Positions 56,318 to 64,000 of a DNA stretch of 64,000 nucleotides are shown here, in pieces (the first letter of the stretch is position 1; every line of letters begins with the position of its first letter). A program made the position numbers and the translations under genes. Below the pieces are notes generated by a model. The model made no database searches, was not told the origin of the DNA, and saw only the letters and a list, made by a program, of their open reading frames with translations. This stretch comes from Octopus sinensis (taxonomy: Eukaryota). The DNA is taken from assembly GCF_006345805.1 (NCBI RefSeq), contig NC_043013.1:15686001-15750000 (forward strand), written 5' to 3'.

Positions 56318-56520
56318 TAATCCTTTGTACTATAGGCACAAGGCTTGAAATTTTGAGGGAAGGGGTTAGTCAGTTACATTCACCCTGGCATGCAACTGGT
56401 ATTTTTTTAATCAACCCTTAGAGGATGAAAGGCAAAGTTAACCTTGGCAGCATTTGAACTTAATGTTAAGACAGACAAAATGCTGCTAAGCATGCTAATG
56501 GTTCAGCCACTTTGCTGTCT
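56318..56520 (-). mobile_element. Old SINE family B
   Basis: cctttgtactataggcacaaggcttgaaatttt...ggatgaaaggcaaagttaaccttggcagcatttgaact. Confidence 0.7.
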
Positions 56521-57662
56521 TTATTAATAATAAGAATAACAACTGATAAGCAGAACACAACATTAATAATAGAGACTGAAGAAGTGTTCTACCTATCTTT
56601 ACTGTTGTTGCTATTATCATTATTATTACCATTGTCTAGAAAATGTCCAAAATGAATTTAGTGCAAGCATGTCAATGATTCCAGTCCAGCACTGAAGCAT
56701 TCACTGTAGCTGGGGCTGATTCATAAATCCTATAAGTTTATTGATAACATGAGTACACATTTTTATTAAAATATATTTTGTCTTTGCAAGATCAGAGTTT
56801 TATTAAATTGCCAAATGTCTTCAAGTACCTTTCACACAATTGTATATACACTCATGTACATATAGATATGTATGCATATATATATGTGTGTTTTCATGGA
56901 TATCCATACATGCATATTTATATATATATATATGTCCTTCATAAGCTACTCATCACTTCCTAACCAACCACCCAAGTCAGTCTATGAGCTCTGTATAGTG
57001 GTTTACTCCAAGATGAATATTTCTGAAATTGTTTCACCGGGACAATGGCATTAATAAAACTGCATGTCATCTACGATAATTCTTGTCTTAAGCTCTTTCT
57101 GTAACTTAACTTTCTCCTTGGCATTCATGGCATTCATTTGGCATGATATTTCTGTGTACTACCAAACTGATTATACAGGTGGCTTCTTTAACTTCACATT
57201 CTAAACACCTTAGCAAGAACAGTATGGAATGATAGTGGCACACTTGCTCTTACTGATGTTGAAATTATTAAAAATTATATATTTTAAAAAACCAAGAGTC
57301 AGGTTGAAAAGCCAGAATTTGTCCCAGACTGGCAAACTGCATATATGTGCATGTATGTATATATGGGTAATTGACACAGACAAAAAGATTGAGTGACAAA
57401 GAGCAGCTTGAGGAATACAATAAATAGTAATATACTACACATACACACTTGTTAGCAAACGTGTTTGCATATGTATCATTGTCATCGTTTTTCATTCACT
57501 TTCTATGCTGGCCAGTGCAGTTTAAGTCATTATTGCTCTCCAAGATGGTAGAACGATGACATCTTAGGGAACCTGATTTAAGCAACCTAACAAGCAATAA
57601 CCGATATAAATCACCTTTTCACAGCTAGATACATTTTCCATGTACATTATGACACAAACAAT

Positions 57663-57697
<35 letters not shown>

Positions 57698-58290
57698 GAG
57701 TCATTCAAGCAAATCTGGATCATATAAAGTTTGTGTAAGTGTGTTTAAATATATATGAGGGAAAGAGAAAGGGGTATGACACACTCATTTTCATTCTCTT
57801 GTAACTGCCACTATTTGGAATTTGATCACCACCAATTACATTACTCAAAATATAAAAATTCACACGAAATATTATCACAAGTGGTAATATACATGTATAA
57901 CAGTTTTATGTGCATATGCATTCAATTATCTCTCAATTGGCATATGTTCTTTGAATCCACTTCAAATTCTGTTATAAAAGGTAAAAGTTGTACTGTTCAT
58001 AATTTCCATCATAAATGTAGGAAAAGAAAAACCAATCAGGATTCAATATCTATTCAAAATAAGAAATTAATAATATTTTGGTTTTAGATCAGCAGTCCAA
58101 TAAATCAGTCTTTCTAGAACTGTCCAATTTGATTTCAGTATTTCTAACTTTTATTTTCATGCCATTTTACTCAAACATTCCAATAAAATGATTGAAAAAC
58201 CCCATATATGAAAACCCATGTCTTTTGTCTTACAATCACTTCATAGCTGATGAGAACTGATCAATAAAAAAATCAGGTATGTCAGCTCAA

Positions 58291-58497
58291 CTCTTTTTGT
58301 ACCAACCTGCTTGACACTACCCTAGGTTCTATAATACAAATTTCTCGAAATTTAAACCTTTCATCAAAATTTCATGTTAATTTATTCCAAACACCATCTT
58401 AATAATGATAAAATTATTTTACTAAATTCTCCATTATTTTGACAATGAATTGAAACAAAGATAATGGGTCTCAAAAGAAATATGGTAACAAAAAAGA
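58291..58497. mobile_element. TTAA-type MITE, copy 2
   Basis: ctctttttgtaccaacc...tatggtaacaaaaaag; internal similarity to 41002-41226. Confidence 0.5.
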
Positions 58498-61493
58498 CTA
58501 AGGTAATTTGAAAGTCACATCATAATTATATATGGCTTAATAGATATAAAACCAACTGCAGTTAATAATCTGTGACGACTATAATAAATGAATTGAGATG
58601 AATATGTCAATCCCCTCTGTTTCTATATAACGATTGTGTGTATCAAGTTTTAAATGCAGACTCTTCTAAATATATAGTGTAGATAATCAAATGCATACAG
58701 AAACATCAATGTTGACTAACTCACGCATCCTTTTATTATTATCATACAACATAATAAAAGATATAAATCATTTATAGAACTCAGTATACTGTGTATGGAG
58801 TAATTACATGTATAATACAACGCAACCCAACCCAATGCAGCTAGCACAGGAAATAGGTTTCTTGTACAATGCTTGGTGATTGGCAATGATGATAACATAT
58901 AAAGTGACATGTCAGACATGGTTACAAGAATGTTTACTGTGGAATCATTGTTGCAATTTAGTAGAAAACATACTTACTGAAAATAATTGTTTGTATTTCA
59001 TTAGATATATGACATTATGAAATAAAAATAGAGTGAACAAAAAAACTTTCAATATGGAATTGGCCTCGGAATTTTGGACCAGTTATGTCAGTTATATCAG
59101 TTAGAGAGGGTAGTAAGAGAAAATTTCTGTTCTAAACATTCAATGTGATTTATCAAAACATTCATTAAAAAAAAAATTTTTTTAAAAAAACAATTTTTTT
59201 TTTCCAGTTAAATGAGAAACTTAATAAACAGGTTAGCAAACATGTGTAAGCCATACTATAAAGTAGTGTATTTGCTACCAATGCACCTGCATTTCAATGT
59301 TAAAGAAAGAATGTACAGTTTATTGATTACACATTTTAGATATAGTTTGGTGGAAAAACAATAGATCAAAATAGATTTTGTGAAAATCCAAGAACAAAAA
59401 AAAAAATTAAATAAGGTATTTTTGTATTTTAAGAAGAAATGAATTTTTCTTTCAATGCTATTTTAATGAACTTTTGCCAGAGTTTGATATCTAAAGAATA
59501 TATGAACAAATAGGACAGGAAGACAATTTGATCAACAGTAGAAATTTCCTGAGAATTAATTTGGGCTTGAATTTAATTGATATAACTGGATAACATATCT
59601 GGTTAACCGGTTTTAAAAATTTCATTAATTTTGCTTTAATTAACTGCAGCAATTTGGTTTTATTATTCAACGATATTTCTGTTTGATGTCAAGGAACTTA
59701 ACAGCAAATAGAACTAAATTCTAAAATGTTATTTGGAAAAAATATTTTTTAAAAATGAAATAATTGATTTAAAAAAAAGTAAATTAAAAGAAATATAGAA
59801 AGAAGCAAAGACTGGATGTGAAAGCAATACTATGAAAATGTATAAAACATACACTCACACAAACATTCGATGAATAGAAAATATATGAGAATTATAAATA
59901 ATTACATTGAATTCATTAATGGCAAAAATAAACTAAAATTATATTAGATGAATATAGATTGAAACTAAATTTTGAAAAAGAAAAAGAAAATACCCCCAAA
60001 AAACAAAAAGAAATCCCTATCAGGATAATAATAATCTGATAAAAAAGTATAAAATTTACCCAACTGGGACTAATATGTTGTTTAAATCTATCAATATCAT
60101 AAGTTCATACATTTAAATCTGGTCAGCTTTACAAAATTGTTTTCCTTCATCTGTCAGCTTTTACTGTCATGGAGACAGCTGATATAGTAGACTTGAGGGA
60201 TGAATCAAACAATTAATATGTTAGTCTATTATCTTCATCAAAGATGTAGATGTTTTTATCAAATAGCAAAAAAATATAAGGAATATTGTGAAATAAAGAA
60301 CTGCTAGTTATTTTACTGTAACTCAAAATTTTCACTAACTCTTTAAAATTTGCTTGCTTATTTTAAATCTTTATAAATGAAATGCATGACAGAATTCCAG
60401 TTCTTTGTTGTTTAGGTTAGTCTATTTGTCAAGTCTTCTGAACCAGATTATCAAATTGTGCCTTAATAATGAATAGTCTGTATTATTTGTGCATGCAATC
60501 ATAAAAACCAACAAATACAAGCTTACTTTCAGAAAATCAATGCTTATATCTGTTAGGCATGCAACAGTGCTACCAGTTTGATATATGATACCACACAGTC
60601 AAGCAATCAGTAAAAGTGGTAGTAGAATAGGAGGCTTTCTAAAAGTCAGCTAAGAAAAATAGGAAACAAATATTTGCTGTATCCCATTAACGTGATCCAG
60701 TTCAAGTAGAAATATCCAAGAGTTAGGATATTTGATAAAAGTGGCATGTAACTCATAGGAACCCCTGAAATAAATTGACAACTATTGAATTTCATTAAAT
60801 GATGAAGGAACTAAATATTAAAAGATAGTTTTTATTTAATTTGTACTTAAGGAGCTATTTGATAATTTGGTTAAACACGGTGTTAGAAATCTGTTTATTT
60901 CTAGTTAGGACCTGTCTACTAGAGATTTGGCAGTGATCAATAATTATCTCTTGAGAGATAGGTTAATGCTACAAACTTAATAGAAACTGTAAAAATGCCA
61001 AAAATAGAGGCAGGAGAAACAAGATTGATTCTAATGAATGGAACACCAAATGTCATGAAAACCTCAACTTCGTATTGAAATGTTTTTCTTTAAAGACTGG
61101 TTGATATCAAATAATAAAAAAAAAGTTAGTTTTTATCACCATCATCAGCACTAACATTTCACTCAAAATTCACTGATAATATATTCTTTATAAAATCATC
61201 TAATCTTTAGGTTTTCTTTTTTTCTCATAGATGTAGTTGGAGCTTACAGAAAATTTAAAATTTTAATTTTAATATAAAAACATGGTGAGCTGTTTCAATA
61301 TTTCAACCAACAAGGCAGTAACAGCTAATTTGCAGATAGCAGTATTTGATCTGAATTAAGTCAAGACACTCAATGAATAACTAGTTATTTATAAAATAAT
61401 TATAAATATAGTTATGGCTAAAATAATAATAAGCATAGAAACTTTATTATTTCTAAATCTCTCAATGAGAGACATACAGTAACAGTACTTCAC

Positions 61494-61765
61494 AGTAAGG
61501 ATTATTTGCCAACATAATGTGACAGTCCTGGTTGGGATGAATGTTACTGTTGTTTTAGCCCCAGGAAACATCATTTCCAGCTGGCTATATGACACACATC
61601 TGTGTCCTTATACTTTCAAACAAGGGAGTTCAGCTAAACTCCTCTGTTCAAAAGTACAAGGACACAGATGTGTGTCATATGGCCAACTGGAGATGATGTT
61701 TCCTGGGGTTAAAACAAGAGTACCCAACTGGGACTGCCACATGAGGTTGGCAAATAATCTTTACT
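61494..61765. repeat. 272-bp fold-back palindrome (fully palindromic MITE-like element or RNA hairpin)
   Basis: Inner arms 61552-61630 and 61637-61715 match at 70/79 positions around the 6-nt loop cagcta; outer arms extend to 61494 and 61765 with one 8-nt insertion. Confidence 0.9.
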
Positions 61766-63752
61766 TTAATAATAATCATAATAAATAGACAAAGATAAAA
61801 TTATATTTAGTTTAAAAACATTTGAATAAAACAATTACAGCAAAACAGATACACATAAGCCATTAAAAGAAAAAGAAAAACACACACACAACAAAACTGT
61901 TAACGTCAGTTAAACATTTATTAATTTGGAGTCAAACTTTATGATTCAGTGAAACCATCAGTGATTAGGTTGCAGTGAATGTGAAGAAAATTTTGACACC
62001 AAATAAATGTTTAAGTGTAGTTAACATTTTTTTTTGCATGTTTTTGAATGGGTGATATGTATCTACCATGCTGTAATTGTTTTAGCTTCAACACATGGTC
62101 TCAGCTCAAATCATTTGTCAAGCAAGTACATCTCTAAAATTTAAGTAAAACTTTCACAGTAATAGGCAAAAAATTAGATGTTGAATGAGGGAAAATAATT
62201 TATTAAAATCTGTTCACATAAATACAATTTTTTTTAAACCTAAAAAACGTGTTTTTTATTTGTTTTTAATGTCAATTTTTCTCACAAAAAGCTTTTGACA
62301 ATTTGAACATTTCCATATAAGTGGAACAATTATTTTAATAACTGAGAAATGTTTTCCTTGCTATCCTACAGCTATCCACTTAATATAAGAGAAAAAGAGT
62401 GATGGGGCCAGGAAATAATGTACTTATTTAATAAGTAGTTGGATATTTTGTTATGTATTGTAAATTTCTAATAATCTTTCACAAATGCATGCTAAGAATA
62501 ATCAGTCAATTAAAAAAGTAATTACAATAATGAATGTAAAAGAGATCAAAAGGAATATACTGTCTACAAAGTGTAAAATAATGTTTTTTGAACAGTGACA
62601 AAAAAAAAAAAAAAGAAAAAGTCACATCTTAGATAAACTAGTTGTCTTAATAGATTATTTCTTTTTGAAAGTAGCGCAGTAACAAATGAACACGTTTAAC
62701 AAATGAGCAAAAGTGGTGATATGGCACTAAAAATATATTGAAATATCACTATCATATAGATAGCAATAGATATCAAATATATATATATATATATACATAT
62801 ATCCAAATGAAAAACAAACTATTTCATATTAAACACTAGTAGTCATTTTAGTGATATCAGTATGCATGTAGGTGTATGCATGTGCACTATTTTAAATTAA
62901 ATGAGATTATGACCAAAGTAATATTAAAATTAAATTTCTATTGCAATTTTCAATGCAGCAGTATCAATGAAAATTGAACAATTTTCATATTGATAGGTTT
63001 TATGAAAATATTATAGACAATATTATTTCAGGGGTTCATATAATGCTCATATAATGCCAGAAGATAAAATGCATGCAATGAAAATACTGACAAATCTATG
63101 GTCAAATAAAAGGGAAGGAGGTAGTAAATAAAATGATTGTTACAAATTCACCAGTGTGGTTGGTTACTAGAAGGATTAATATACATAACACTACAATGAA
63201 ATGTTAGTTGAAGCATGTTCAACTGCTTACATCAAAATAATTGATGAGGGTGATTAAATAAGGCAGCAGGACAAGAATAAGGAAGTAGAAGAAAAATGGA
63301 GATAAAAATAATCATGCCAACACCAGCAACTAAGCAGAGTGGGGTGAAAAGGAGGAGAGTGGTTCAAGCGCTGATAGTTCTCCAATATGCAGTGGAGAAA
63401 GTCTGTGTCAAAAAGCACTGTCTGAGCAGACTACACCCAAACAGTAACAATGCAACCCAATAGGCATTACCTGGAATCTTACTCATCAAATGTCCGTTAA
63501 ATACTTTCACTTGTAGAATAAACTGTATGAAAAACCAACAGGATTCTCAATGTTCAGTTTGGATAATCATATTAGAAGCAAGACTTTTATTTATTTATTT
63601 TTTTTTTTTTGTAAAACCACTATCTGTGATTTCATTCTCTCTCTCTCTTTCACTTGCAAGTGACACAAATGCACACACATACATACTACACCTTCGTCAG
63701 ACAAAATGATATGTATACACAAGGTAAAAAGCGTTATACAAACTATAGGGTT

Positions 63753-63788
<36 letters not shown>

Positions 63789-64000
63789 ATATTATATATA
63801 TATATACACATATATATATATATATAGAATATTGGACAGGATATATTTGACAAAATATTCATCTGGAGCATATTCTGCAAATAAGTGGCTTACGATGATA
63901 AAATAAGTGCAAATCAAATTGATTAGCACCAATATTTACAGAAAATTTTGTTTGAAAATAATAATGAAAAGGAAGTTTTAAAAATCAGTTTTTTTAAATG

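Overview
AT-rich, microsatellite-dense animal genomic DNA; the SINE, LINE and microsatellite repertoire is most consistent with an octopus (inferred, not verifiable here). The only supportable host gene is the 3' part of a minus-strand GPATCH8/ZNF804-family gene. It has two spliced coding exons (34754-33310 and 31794-27861) joined by a canonical phase-2 GT-AG intron, giving 1792 in-frame codons with the family motif [28 protein letters not shown], an RS region, Pro-rich and His-rich segments. The G-patch and zinc-finger exons were not found and probably lie beyond 64 kb. Positions 1-24.6 kb are a CpG-retaining intergenic transposon field (tRNA-derived SINEs, RTE and Tx1 LINE fragments, Tc1/mariner relics, a Helitron, a TTAA MITE, Penelope-like fragments); 25-64 kb is CpG-depleted, like a methylated gene body. 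The best leads are two independently truncated Tx1-like LINEs inserted in (GATA)n tracts, hammerhead-ribozyme motifs at 18.8 kb and 16.7 kb, a 272-bp intronic fold-back hairpin, a smaller hairpin in the last intron, a 320-bp inverted duplication, and several candidate micro- or poison exons. I found no prokaryotic-type system or CRISPR array. Most short ORFs in the supplied track are microsatellite or antisense artefacts.
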